DNA from: Candidatus Eiseniibacteriota bacterium
GTDB taxonomy: Bacteria; Acidobacteriota; Terriglobia; Acidiferrales; UBA7541
Reading direction: 5' to 3'
Length of the DNA: 64,000 nt
NCBI GenBank assembly: GCA_035607215.1
Contig: DATNCJ010000024.1
Span: 234-64,233 of the forward strand
Positions 55,202 through 64,000 of the stretch are shown here, piece by piece. The notes beneath the pieces were generated by a model. The model had not been told where the DNA came from. It worked only from the letters and a program-made list of their open reading frames with translations, and ran no database searches. Every line of letters begins with the position of its first letter. The first letter of the stretch is position 1. The position numbers and the translations under genes are program-made.

Positions 55202-56098
55202 ATGCGCGAAGTTAAAGTCCCTGCCTTCGCGAAAATCAATCTACGCCTGGATATTTTGGGTAAGCGGCCCGACGGATATCACGAGCTGCGTACGATCTTT
55301 CAATCCATTTCACTGCGCGACGAGCTGTTCCTGCGCTCCTCGCGGCATCCGGGCGTCGTTCTGACGATCAAAGGCAACACTCAACTTGCGGCAGAACCCA
55401 TGCGGAAGAATCTTGTATATCGCGCGGTCGATCTGCTTCGGCATGAACTCAAGATTCGTTCCGGTGTGGAAATCGAACTGCGCAAGAATATTCCGGCGGG
55501 CGGCGGGCTGGGCGGTGGTTCGAGCGATGCCGCAGCTGCTTTGCTCGGCTACCTGCAACTTAATGGTAAGAAGCTACCGGCCCCGCGCTTGATCGAAATT
55601 GCTGTTTCGCTGGGCGCGGACGTTCCGTTCTTCCTGTTCGGCGGGCGCGCGCTAGGCGTCAATCGTGGCGACGAAATCTATCCACTGCCTGGCATACCGA
55701 AGCACTCACTGCTGGTCGTCGTGCCTCGGGAGATCCGCGTTCCGACGCCGGAGGCCTTCCGCTGGGTGGCCGCTCCTGAATTGACAAAATCCGCGGCAAC
55801 CCCTAAACTTTGGGAGTTCTGTGCTCTGTGCTGGAGCACGCAGGGGATTGGCCTCTCCAACGATTTTGAGCGGGCTGTTTTCCAGCGTCACCCTCGATTG
55901 GCTACAATCAAAAGGGTTTTGCTTCGAGTAGGAGCCGCAGAAGCCTCGCTGGCGGGTAGCGGTTCGGCGGTGTTTGGAGTTTTCCCGAGCCCAGCGTTGG
56001 CGCGCCGAGCCGCTGTTGGGTTTCCGGACGAACAGACCTTCGTTTGCGAAGCAATTTCGCGCGACAGGTATGCTCGCATGGTTAAAGGAGCGTTGTAG
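55202..56098 (+). CDS. ispE: 4-diphosphocytidyl-2-C-methyl-D-erythritol kinase
   Basis: PAFAKINLRLDILGKRPDGYHEL and the GHMP motif PAGGGLGGGSSDAAA. Confidence 0.92.
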   Translation: MREVKVPAFAKINLRLDILGKRPDGYHELRTIFQSISLRDELFLRSSRHPGVVLTIKGNTQLAAEPMRKNLVYRAVDLLRHELKIRSGVEIELRKNIPAGGGLGGGSSDAAAALLGYLQLNGKKLPAPRLIEIAVSLGADVPFFLFGGRALGVNRGDEIYPLPGIPKHSLLVVVPREIRVPTPEAFRWVAAPELTKSAATPKLWEFCALCWSTQGIGLSNDFERAVFQRHPRLATIKRVLLRVGAAEASLAGSGSAVFGVFPSPALARRAAVGFPDEQTFVCEAISRDRYARMVKGAL

Positions 56099-56199
56099 TT
56101 CCGCGCGCCTTCTTGCCCGCAGCGATTCCGTGTGCAAACCAGTGCCCTGATTTCATTTTCGTAGGCCTTGTGTGTTGGCAAGGCGCGGAGTAGCGTTTC

Positions 56200-57144
56200 G
56201 TGCACGACGACCGCTTCAAGATTTTTTCGGGCACCGCGAATTTGCCGCTTGCGGAGAATATCTGCAGGCATTTGGACGTGCCGCTGGGCCTGGCCAAGCT
56301 GGGCCGGTTCAGCGACGGCGAAATTTATTTTCAGATTCTCGAAAACGTTCGCGGCGCGGACGTTTTCGTGGTGCAGCCGTGCTGCCATCCGGTGGACAAC
56401 CACCTGCTCGAGCTGCTGCTGATGATCGACGCGTTCAAGCGCGCGTCGGCGTGGCGAATCACCGCGGTGCTGCCGTACTACTGCTACGCGCGGCAGGATC
56501 GCAAGGATAAGCCGCGCGTCCCGATCTCAGCGAAACTCGTGGCGGACTTGTTGGAAACCGCGGGAGCCAGCCGCGCGCTGACGCTGGATTTGCACGCGCC
56601 GCAGATCCAGGGCTACTTCGACGTGCCGGTCGACCATTTGTTCGGTTCGCCGGTGCTGGTCGATCACTTCCGGCAGTTGAAGCTGCCGAATGTGACCGTG
56701 GTCTCGCCAGACGCTGGTGGTGTGGAACGCGCGCGATTTTTTGCGAAGAAGATGGACGCACCGTTGGCGATCGTCGACAAACGGCGCGTGGATGTGGACG
56801 TCAGCGAAGTGATGAACCTGATCGGCGATGTGCGCGGTCGCACGGCCCTGATCATCGACGACATCATTGATACCGCGGGCACGCTGGTGAAAACTGCGGA
56901 TGCGTTGATTCGTGAAGGCGCATTGGACGTCTACGCAGCATGTACCCATGCGGTGCTTTCGGGTCCGGCTGTAGAGCGGATCGAGAAGTCACGAATCAAA
57001 CAGGTGCTGGCGACCGATTCGGTGCCGATCACGGAAGCCGCGTTGAAGATGGGCAAGATCAAGGTTTTGAGTGTCGCGGATTTGCTGGCCCGCGGCATTC
57101 GCTCGATTCACGAAGAGACTTCGATCAGCGAGCTGTTTATCTGA
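56200..57144 (+). CDS. prs: Ribose-phosphate pyrophosphokinase
   Basis: FSGTANLPLAENI, YARQDRK and DDIIDTAGT motifs. GTG start. Confidence 0.95.
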   Translation: MHDDRFKIFSGTANLPLAENICRHLDVPLGLAKLGRFSDGEIYFQILENVRGADVFVVQPCCHPVDNHLLELLLMIDAFKRASAWRITAVLPYYCYARQDRKDKPRVPISAKLVADLLETAGASRALTLDLHAPQIQGYFDVPVDHLFGSPVLVDHFRQLKLPNVTVVSPDAGGVERARFFAKKMDAPLAIVDKRRVDVDVSEVMNLIGDVRGRTALIIDDIIDTAGTLVKTADALIREGALDVYAACTHAVLSGPAVERIEKSRIKQVLATDSVPITEAALKMGKIKVLSVADLLARGIRSIHEETSISELFI

Positions 57145-57190
57145 TCGCGAAATTTGCACACGGATTTAAACGCAGGAAGGGAAATACAGC

Positions 57191-57901
57191 ATGGCTGAGC
57201 AAAAGAAAATCGTAGTCGAAGCAGCACCCCGCGCGGAACGCGGCAAGAACGAAGCGCGCCGCCTGCGGCAGACCGGCAAAGTTCCTGCGGTGTTGTATGG
57301 CGGCAAAGGCGAAGCAATCGCGCTGGCCGTCAACACCAAGCAGGTGAGCGCCATCCTGCGCTCGGAGAGCGGCCACAATACGCTGTTCCAGGTCGATCTG
57401 GGTGGCAAGCATGAGCCGGCGATCGTGAAGGACTGGTCGAGCGATCCCATCACCGGCAAGTTGCTGCACGTCGATCTGATTCGCGTCGCCATGGACGTAC
57501 GCATGCGCGTCGAAGTTCCCGTGCACACTTTCGGCGATCCCGCGGGCGTGAAGGTGCAGGGCGGTGTCTTTGAGATCGTCGAGCGCGATGTCGAAGTCGA
57601 ATGCTTGCCGGCCGACATTCCGACCGAGTTTCGTGTTGATGTCAGCGGGCTGATGCTGAACCAGGCGCTGCGCGCGAAAGACCTGCCGATGGATAAGGCG
57701 AAAATCAAGCTGATCACCGACCCCGAGCGCGTTCTGGTGCACGTTGTCACACTCAAGGTCGAAGAGGAGAAGCCCGTCGAGGCCGTGGCCGCTGACGCCG
57801 CCGCGCCCGCCGAGCCCGAAGTCATCAAGAAGGGCAAGAAGGAAGAAGAGGGCGAAGAAGGCGCCGAGGCCAAGCCCGAGAAGGTGGAGAAGAAGAAGTA
57901 A
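57191..57901 (+). CDS. rplY: 50S ribosomal protein L25 (Ctc form)
   Basis: RLRQTGKVPAVLYG N-domain and an acidic/Lys-rich tail. Confidence 0.9.
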   Translation: MAEQKKIVVEAAPRAERGKNEARRLRQTGKVPAVLYGGKGEAIALAVNTKQVSAILRSESGHNTLFQVDLGGKHEPAIVKDWSSDPITGKLLHVDLIRVAMDVRMRVEVPVHTFGDPAGVKVQGGVFEIVERDVEVECLPADIPTEFRVDVSGLMLNQALRAKDLPMDKAKIKLITDPERVLVHVVTLKVEEEKPVEAVAADAAAPAEPEVIKKGKKEEEGEEGAEAKPEKVEKKK

Positions 57902-57949
57902 TTCTGGCGGCCTGTTGCGATGCAGCAAGGGCGCAGCGGATGCGGAACT

Positions 57950-58537
57950 ATGCGGCTCATTGTGGGGCTTGGGAATCCAGACCCGGAATATCAGTGGACG
58001 CCGCACAATCTGGGTTTTATGGCGGTCGATGAACTCGCGAATCGCGGTTCGATTCGCGTGGAACGGCCGGAAGGTAAGGCGCTGGTAGGCCGCGGCAAGT
58101 TGGCGGGCGAGGAAGTTCTGCTGGCTAAGCCGCAAACGTACATGAATCTCAGCGGTATTTCGGTTCGAGAGCTGCTGAGCAAGTACGCACTGGAACCCGG
58201 CGACCTGTTGGTGATGTGGGACGAGGTGCAGTTGCCACTGGGCACGATCAAGATCAATAGCGACGGGAGCGCGGGGAGCCACAACGGCGCGAAGTCGGTG
58301 ATCGGGTCGATCGGAACGCAGCAGTTCGCGAGGCTCAGGCTGGGCGCCGGTTCGGGGCCTCAGCTCGGTAGCCGCAGGGAGTATGTGCTGCGGCCGATGA
58401 AAAAGGCGGAGCTGGAAGTTGCGACGGAAATGCTCGCTGAAGCAGGCGACGCGGTGGAATTGATTTTGACCCAGGGGCTGGACGCGGCGATGACGAAGTA
58501 TAACCGCCGCAAGCTGACGGAAGACGCAGCGGAATAG
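57950..58537 (+). CDS. pth: Peptidyl-tRNA hydrolase
   Basis: LIVGLGNPDPEY..TPHNLGF and PQTYMNLSG motifs. Confidence 0.93.
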   Translation: MRLIVGLGNPDPEYQWTPHNLGFMAVDELANRGSIRVERPEGKALVGRGKLAGEEVLLAKPQTYMNLSGISVRELLSKYALEPGDLLVMWDEVQLPLGTIKINSDGSAGSHNGAKSVIGSIGTQQFARLRLGAGSGPQLGSRREYVLRPMKKAELEVATEMLAEAGDAVELILTQGLDAAMTKYNRRKLTEDAAE

Positions 58538-58594
58538 AGCGTCATCAACGATTTTTCCGGGCCATGCGCCTGGGACAGAAGGAAAGAGGTCATC

Positions 58595-59014
58595 ATGGAA
58601 GAGCGTTTGTACGACTTGATTTTCATCGCCCGCCCGGCGACACCGGAAGACGAGATCAAGAAGGTCATTTCCGGCATCGAGCACACCTGCACCGAAAAGG
58701 GCGCCAAGATCGAAAAGACCGAGCATTGGGGTACGCGCAAGCTCGCTTATCGCGTGGCGAAGCATCGCGAAGGTATCTACGTGTATCAGCAGATTCGCTG
58801 CTCGAACAGCGAACTGATCCACGAACTTGAGCGCAGGCTCCGCGTGCAGGACGTGGTCATTAAGTATCTGACCGTGCGCTTAGACGAAGATCTCAAGCGC
58901 CAGAAGAAGCTCCAGCACAAGCGTGAAGTGCGCGCTGCGCGCCGTCCGCGCCGTACTCCCGCACCCGCTGCCGCGGCACCGGCTGCGGCGTCCGAGCAGA
59001 CCGCCGCTGGCTGA
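58595..59014 (+). CDS. rpsF: 30S ribosomal protein S6
   Basis: YDLIFIARP...HWGTRKLAY core with a basic/Ala-rich C-terminal tail. Confidence 0.92.
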   Translation: MEERLYDLIFIARPATPEDEIKKVISGIEHTCTEKGAKIEKTEHWGTRKLAYRVAKHREGIYVYQQIRCSNSELIHELERRLRVQDVVIKYLTVRLDEDLKRQKKLQHKREVRAARRPRRTPAPAAAAPAAASEQTAAG

Positions 59015-59126
59015 TCTCGTGGTTACCGTTCGCCGCTGGTTGTAGTGGCCGCTGCTGAGGCAGGTGAAATCGCTTTGGCGGCTGAAAATTTAGATGGATC
59101 GAGGCAATTCCGAAAGGTAGGCAGGT

Positions 59127-59663
59127 ATGGCAGAGGAACAAAAGCAAGCACAAAGCCCCGGCGGCCCGCCGCGCAGTGAAGGCGGACATCGCCCCGGCGG
59201 CGGACATGGCGGCCCCGGTGGTGGACACGGCGGTCCACGTCGCGAAGGCGGACCTGGTGGGGGTCCAGGAGGTCCTGGAGGGCCGCGCCGCGGTAAGCGC
59301 CAATACTTTCGCAAGAAGAAGGTCTGCAAGTTCTGCGTTGAGAAGATGGATTTTATCGACTACAAGCGCGCCGACATCCTGTCGCAGTTCGTGCAGGAGC
59401 GCGGCAAGATTCTGCCGCGACGCATGACTGGCGTTTGCGCGCGACATCAGCGTTGGCTCGGTGAAGCCATCAAGCGCGCCCGCAACATCGCGCTGTTGCC
59501 TTTCGCCGGCAGCGCCGCCGGCACGCAGGCGCCGCGCCCGGTCGTTCCCGGCGCTCACGCCCCGGCAGGCCATCCGCCGGCAGCGGCAGCACCGCCAGCA
59601 GCCCCAGTACCACCGACAACTCCAGCACCGGCAGCGCCAACCGGCGAAGCGCCGAAGGCATAG
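59127..59663 (+). CDS. rpsR: 30S ribosomal protein S18 with long N- and C-terminal low-complexity extensions
   Basis: S18 core KKKVCKFC...[32 protein letters not shown]. It is flanked by a ~55 aa Gly/Pro/His-rich stretch and a ~50 aa Pro/Ala-rich stretch. Confidence 0.85.
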   Translation: MAEEQKQAQSPGGPPRSEGGHRPGGGHGGPGGGHGGPRREGGPGGGPGGPGGPRRGKRQYFRKKKVCKFCVEKMDFIDYKRADILSQFVQERGKILPRRMTGVCARHQRWLGEAIKRARNIALLPFAGSAAGTQAPRPVVPGAHAPAGHPPAAAAPPAAPVPPTTPAPAAPTGEAPKA

Positions 59664-59795
59664 CCAGGCGAGTTGGCAGGGCGCCGCTCAGCCGCCGTCA
59701 CCGGTTGGGCTAATTTTGGGAACGCTCAGTTTCGCATCAGGGTTTTTCGCGGCGGTCGGCCGCCGCAAGATTTCATAGGAGTAAAAGGAATCGCA

Positions 59796-60245
59796 ATGCA
59801 AAAAGTAATCCTTCAGGAAGACATCGATAAGCTCGGCCATCGCGGCGACGTCGTCACCGTGAAGTCCGGCTACGCCCGCAATTTCCTGCTGCCACGCAAG
59901 CTGGCCATCGAAGCCACTACCGGGAGCATGAAAGCCCTCGAGCGGATTCGCACTTCGCTGGCCAAGAAGACCGCCACCGAGCTGGAGGCCGCGCAAAAAC
60001 AGGCGGCGCTGCTCAATGGCGTCGAGCTTCGCTTCACGCGCAAGACCGGTGAGAACGACCAGATGTTTGGCTCGGTTACCACCGCGGACATCTCTGAATC
60101 GCTGGCCGCGCAAAATTTTAAGGTCGACAAGCGCCAGGTACAGCTTTCCGAAGCGATCAAAGCGATTGGCGAATATCCAGTGACGATCAAAGTTTTCCGC
60201 GATGTTATCGCGCAGGTCAAAGTTCACGTCAACAAGGAAGAATAG
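59796..60245 (+). CDS. rplI: 50S ribosomal protein L9
   Basis: MQKVILQEDIDKLGHRGDVVTVKSGYARNFLLP. Confidence 0.93.
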   Translation: MQKVILQEDIDKLGHRGDVVTVKSGYARNFLLPRKLAIEATTGSMKALERIRTSLAKKTATELEAAQKQAALLNGVELRFTRKTGENDQMFGSVTTADISESLAAQNFKVDKRQVQLSEAIKAIGEYPVTIKVFRDVIAQVKVHVNKEE

Positions 60246-60271
60246 ATCTCTTTTCGCGATCTTTTTCTTGG

Positions 60272-60304
60272 CGCCGCGGTCCTCGGATGGCGGCGTTTTT
60301 ATTT
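60272..60304 (+). terminator. Intrinsic terminator after rplI
   Basis: CGCCGC/GCGGCG stem followed by TTTTTATTT. Confidence 0.65.
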
Positions 60305-60570
60305 CGGACTAAATTCTTCAAAAAATATTCACCATTTTCCGCAGGCGTTCACAGCTCTGCACAAGAAACCGGATTGACGCGCAGACGCTAGTCGCGCACA
60401 CTGCGCTCACCAGTCTTCTCGTGGTCGGAATCAGGGGAACGGTCGAGGCCTTCTGCGATCTGCCATACCTGTACTTTCCTGGTCTTGCCGGTGATTGCGC
60501 ACGCTGCCGCGGCATGGTACAAATAGGCGAATAGAAAGCGAAAGCCGCGCGCAACTCGCGCCATATTGCT

Positions 60571-61938
60571 ATGCCCATTGACACCACGCTCGAGCGGCCC
60601 TTACCGAGCAATCTGGACGCCGAGCGTTCCGTTCTCGGTGCCGTGTTGCTTGACAACAACGCCCTGAACGCTGCGATCGAGCATCTGCGACCGGAAGATT
60701 TTTTTCTCGATCAGCACCGCCGCGTTTTCACCCAGATGATCGCGCTCAGCGAAGCGCAGCAGGCTATCGACCTCATCACCCTCACCGAAGAATTGCATCG
60801 CCGCGGCGATCTGGAAGCGTCCGGTGGCGCGCCGTATCTCGCCTCGCTTGCCGATGGTATGCCGCGCGTATCGAACATCGAGCACTACGCGCGCATCGTC
60901 AAAGAAAAAGCCGTGCTGCGCAATCTGATCCATGCAACGCATGGCATCCAGCAGCGCGCCTTTGAGGGCGAAGACGGAGCCGATGCCGTTCTCGACAACG
61001 CGGAATCGACGATCTTTGCCATCGCCGAAGACCGCGTCCGCGCCGGCCTCATCCCGGTCAAGGACATCGTTCGCGATAACTTCGAGCGCCTGGAAAAAAT
61101 CTTTCGCGAAGGCAAGAGCATCACCGGCGTTTCCACGGGTTACACCGAATTGGACAAGCTGACCTCCGGCTTCCAGCGCTCCGAGCTGCTCATTCTTGCT
61201 GCCCGGCCATCCCAGGGAAAAACCGCGCTCGCACTGAACCTCGCGGAAAATATCGCGATTCGCAGCGGCCATCCAATGGCCTTCTTTAGCCTGGAAATGT
61301 CCAAGGAATCGCTGCTTCAGCGCCTTGTCGCCTCGGTGGCGCAGATCGACGCGCACAAATTCCGCACCGGCCATCTCAGCCGCGAAGACTGGCGCCGCAT
61401 GACCGAAGCGTTGGGCACGATCGCATCGGCGCCGATCTGGATCGATGACGCCGGATCGATTTCCGTGCTCGAGATTGGCGCGAAAGCCCGCCGCCTCAAG
61501 CGGGATAAAGGCCTTTCGCTGCTCGTTGTGGACTATCTGCAGTTGATCACGGCGCGCGGCCGCTTCGGCAATCGTCAGGAAGAAGTTGCCAGCATCTCGC
61601 GTGGCCTCAAGGGCCTTGCGAAGGAATTGCAAATCCCTGTGCTGGTCCTAAGCCAGCTGACCCGCGCTCCCGAGCGCGATGAACGCGGCCCGCAGCTCTC
61701 CGACTTGCGCGAATCCGGCGCCATCGAACAAGACGCCGACGTGGTGATGTTCATCTATCGCCCGAATTTCTTCAAAGCCGGCGCCAGCCCCGAAGAACGC
61801 GAAGAGACGGAGCTACGCATCGCGAAGCAGCGCAATGGCCCGACCGAAAACGTAAAATTCGTTTTCCGTAGCCGCTTCACGCGCTTTGAAGAAGCCGCGC
61901 CCGACGCTTTTTCGAATTTTTCTCCAGACGACCTGTAG
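60571..61938 (+). CDS. dnaB: Replicative DNA helicase
   Basis: PSNLDAERSVLGAVL, Walker A ARPSQGKTA, and SQLTRAPE. Normal length, so no intein. Confidence 0.95.
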   Translation: MPIDTTLERPLPSNLDAERSVLGAVLLDNNALNAAIEHLRPEDFFLDQHRRVFTQMIALSEAQQAIDLITLTEELHRRGDLEASGGAPYLASLADGMPRVSNIEHYARIVKEKAVLRNLIHATHGIQQRAFEGEDGADAVLDNAESTIFAIAEDRVRAGLIPVKDIVRDNFERLEKIFREGKSITGVSTGYTELDKLTSGFQRSELLILAARPSQGKTALALNLAENIAIRSGHPMAFFSLEMSKESLLQRLVASVAQIDAHKFRTGHLSREDWRRMTEALGTIASAPIWIDDAGSISVLEIGAKARRLKRDKGLSLLVVDYLQLITARGRFGNRQEEVASISRGLKGLAKELQIPVLVLSQLTRAPERDERGPQLSDLRESGAIEQDADVVMFIYRPNFFKAGASPEEREETELRIAKQRNGPTENVKFVFRSRFTRFEEAAPDAFSNFSPDDL

Positions 61939-61982
61939 CGGCCGGCGAGATCTCGAACCGAAGAGTGCGGAAGATTGCGTAT

Positions 61983-62492
61983 TTACAGCCTCTTTCGATA
62001 GTTCACGCAACGGTCCATGACTTCGTAGCCCATCGCTTCATGCGCGCGCTGCGATGGCTCGTTGTCGATCCACGTATCTGACGCCATTTCTTTGCAGCCT
62101 TGCCTGCTCGCCCACTCTTCTGCAGCCTCGATCAACATTCGACCGATTCCAAGCCCGCGCCAATCCTTGTTGACAAACCAGCCCTCGAGAAACCCGACTG
62201 CCTGCGATTCATCGCATCCGTCGGCATGAGAGCGCAGGCCCACCTCCACGAATCCGATCAATGTCCCACCGTCGCTTCGCGTCCCTGCATGCGCGCTCTC
62301 GGCTACAAACACCACAATCGGCAGGAGTCTCGTCGATGTCCCCGCGACTTTCGGAGCCAAGTCGCTCAGATGCTCTTCCGCCGACGCGTCCGGCCACAAC
62401 TCAGCGCACATCCATGCCACTTGTTCGCAATCCTCGGCTTTCGCAAGCCGCACGGATATCTGGGCCGCCTCGCGCCTGGTTGTTCCCTCCAC
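61983..62492 (-). CDS. GNAT acetyltransferase resembling aminoglycoside 6'-N-acetyltransferase type I
   Basis: LWPD..AEEH, FLEGWFV..DWRGLGIGRMLI and CKEMASDTWIDNEPSQRAHEAMGY pattern. GTG start. Confidence 0.65.
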   Translation of the reverse strand: MEGTTRREAAQISVRLAKAEDCEQVAWMCAELWPDASAEEHLSDLAPKVAGTSTRLLPIVVFVAESAHAGTRSDGGTLIGFVEVGLRSHADGCDESQAVGFLEGWFVNKDWRGLGIGRMLIEAAEEWASRQGCKEMASDTWIDNEPSQRAHEAMGYEVMDRCVNYRKRL

Positions 62493-62496
62493 AAAC

Positions 62497-63933
62497 TCAC
62501 CGCCGCCGCTGCTGTTGCTTCTTGAGCAGGTCCAGCTGCCGCGTCAGGCAGCGGTTGTACGATGCGGGTCCCTCGATCAATTTGGCGCTGGAGCACACTA
62601 GCTCCACGGCATCGTGGTCCCGTTCGCTCAATCCGGAAAGATCCGGCGTCTTCGGAGCTTTCCGCAAGGCTTCAAGTTGGGTCTTGACGCACTGGGTATA
62701 TTGCATAGGTCCCTGCAACAATTTTTCGGACGCGCACGCTGTCGCCAGGGACTGCTTCTCCAGATCGCTGAGAGCTGACAAATCCGGCTCGGCCTCTGTG
62801 GTCCGCGCCGCCGGCGCGCCATTGATTTGCGCCTCTGGGATTGCCACCATGAGAAATGCCGGGATGTTTTCGGTACTTCCCTCCAATTGCGTATCGGACA
62901 ATGTCTTGATTTCCGCGGATGAATAATGCGTGCTGCGATCCTGCGGATCCCGCTCCGCGCAGACGCCCTTCCAGCTCTGCTTGTTGTTGTCCGCGCTTCG
63001 GTGGAATTCGCAGTGGGTGATCTCGCCAGAGGCCTTTTCGCGACCTTCCACCGGCTCCAGAAACAGCAAGGAACGTCCCGCCCGGGTTCGATAGTTCGAG
63101 CCATCGCGCACGCTCTTCCATACTCGGGTGACAAACCCCGGAACATCCGCACCGCTTTCGTCGACGGCCACCACTGTTGCTCCCGGCCCATTTCCACGCG
63201 CGGCAGATGTTTTTTTGGTCTCGTTTCCCGGATGCATCGCCGCCGCATCCGCCGCACCCTCTCCCGGGCTCGTAGGCGTGACCACGCTCGACGCCGACGG
63301 GAACCAGATCGTGAAGTATACAAACGCGACCGCAAACCCGCCGATCAGCGCCGGAACGATTCCCGTGCGCAATCTCGCATTCGCGCTGGGTTTCAATCCA
63401 TGGCGTACCGAAAGCGCGCCGAGCCCCGCGGTCAGCAGCGTGATCCACAGTGGCGGCGCGGATTCGGTCAGGATCAACCAGCCGATAAAAAAGATCGCGG
63501 CCAGCCCCATGACCACGAACGCAAAGCTAACTAGGCTCGCGCGTGCGGGCTTCCACACGATACGCAGGGGGGGGTGCGCTTTGGCCGTGCGCGCAGCCGG
63601 CTTTTGCGCTTGCCGCGGAGCGCGCGCAGCCGCACCGGTTCGCGAATTTCCCGCGCCCTGCGAGGATGACGCCGCTCCCGCCGCGCCTTTTTCCGCCGTC
63701 CGCGCGTACTCCAGCTTTGCGTCGTACTTTTCTCGCTCCGTCGGATTCAGCAGGATGGCTTTCGCTTCCGACAAATCCTTAAACGCTTCCGCCGCAACTT
63801 GACGCAAGTACGGATTCCCCGGCGCGACCGTGTCCGGATGAACGTCTCTCGCCCTCTTCTTGAATGCGGTTTCGATTTCCTCGGGCGTAGCCTTCGGTGT
63901 CACACCCAGGATCTCGTAGTAGTTCTGTGCCAT
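62497..63933 (-). CDS. J-domain (DnaJ-like) membrane protein
   Basis: YYEILGV...HPD J-domain, two TM segments, and a C-terminal duplicated Cys-containing module. Confidence 0.85.
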   Translation of the reverse strand: MAQNYYEILGVTPKATPEEIETAFKKRARDVHPDTVAPGNPYLRQVAAEAFKDLSEAKAILLNPTEREKYDAKLEYARTAEKGAAGAASSSQGAGNSRTGAAARAPRQAQKPAARTAKAHPPLRIVWKPARASLVSFAFVVMGLAAIFFIGWLILTESAPPLWITLLTAGLGALSVRHGLKPSANARLRTGIVPALIGGFAVAFVYFTIWFPSASSVVTPTSPGEGAADAAAMHPGNETKKTSAARGNGPGATVVAVDESGADVPGFVTRVWKSVRDGSNYRTRAGRSLLFLEPVEGREKASGEITHCEFHRSADNNKQSWKGVCAERDPQDRSTHYSSAEIKTLSDTQLEGSTENIPAFLMVAIPEAQINGAPAARTTEAEPDLSALSDLEKQSLATACASEKLLQGPMQYTQCVKTQLEALRKAPKTPDLSGLSERDHDAVELVCSSAKLIEGPASYNRCLTRQLDLLKKQQQRRR

Positions 63934-64000
63934 TGTGGTTCCGCAGCGCTCCCCAAGGCCTGCTACATCTGTTATAGCCTGACGAGCCCCCGGAAAGCGA

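Noticed and set aside
58538-58594. Structured rpsF leader (S6:S18 autoregulatory mimic)
   Set aside because: I could not fold a convincing hairpin in the 57-nt spacer. This cannot be judged without a covariance model.
57137-58822. 561-aa ORF on the minus strand
   Set aside because: It is antisense to rplY, pth and rpsF, which have unmistakable family motifs. The translation is Arg/His/Leu-rich with no domain, a typical high-GC shadow ORF.
1-64000. CRISPR arrays, IS elements, integrases, prophage genes, rRNA/tRNA genes
   Set aside because: No regularly spaced direct repeats, transposase- or integrase-like ORFs, or RNA gene signatures were seen on either strand.

Overview
GC-rich chromosomal segment that looks like Acidobacteriota. 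The inference rests on a PadR regulator coupled to tandem ADOP/MacB-type permeases, a TIGR03436-type VWA protein, exported DinB paralogs and several families of short palindromic intergenic repeats. I support about 70 protein genes and see no rRNA, tRNA, CRISPR array, transposase or integrase.

The right third (55.2-61.9 kb) is a conserved housekeeping block: ispE-prs-rplY-pth-rpsF-rpsR-rplI-dnaB. The window is rich in nucleoside and nucleobase salvage:
- deoA-nupC-PNP-cdd-amidohydrolase at 17.9-24.0 kb
- a yeast-type cytosine deaminase at 27.0 kb
- purH at 48.8 kb
- a pseudouridine kinase/glycosidase pair at 50.4-52.5 kb

Other recognisable modules:
- moaD-moaE
- an ECF sigma/anti-sigma/secreted-protein operon
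- late futalosine menaquinone genes (mqnE-like, UbiA-like, UbiX-like)
- larB and selA
- two quinone oxidoreductases, OsmC and an ion channel
- two type II toxin-antitoxin pairs

I do not see a clear-cut new multi-gene system. The most interesting signals are:
1. Frameshifts are confined to accessory genes (a porin, both TA toxins, a small ORF, a PilZ gene, a c-type cytochrome), while the housekeeping genes are intact.
2. An orphan unit of near-consensus promoter plus intrinsic terminator at 25.6 kb is a candidate small RNA.
3. An unusually long (~890 bp) non-coding spacer lies upstream of the ECF sigma gene.
4. A membrane-anchored MutS-domain-V ATPase of unknown role sits between a cytosine deaminase and an M23 peptidase.
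5. At least four palindromic REP-like repeat families occupy every spacer of the nucleoside operon.
6. Ribosomal protein S18 carries long low-complexity extensions, and there is no ssb between rpsF and rpsR.

All family assignments come from reading the translated ORFs and recalling motifs. No database search was run.
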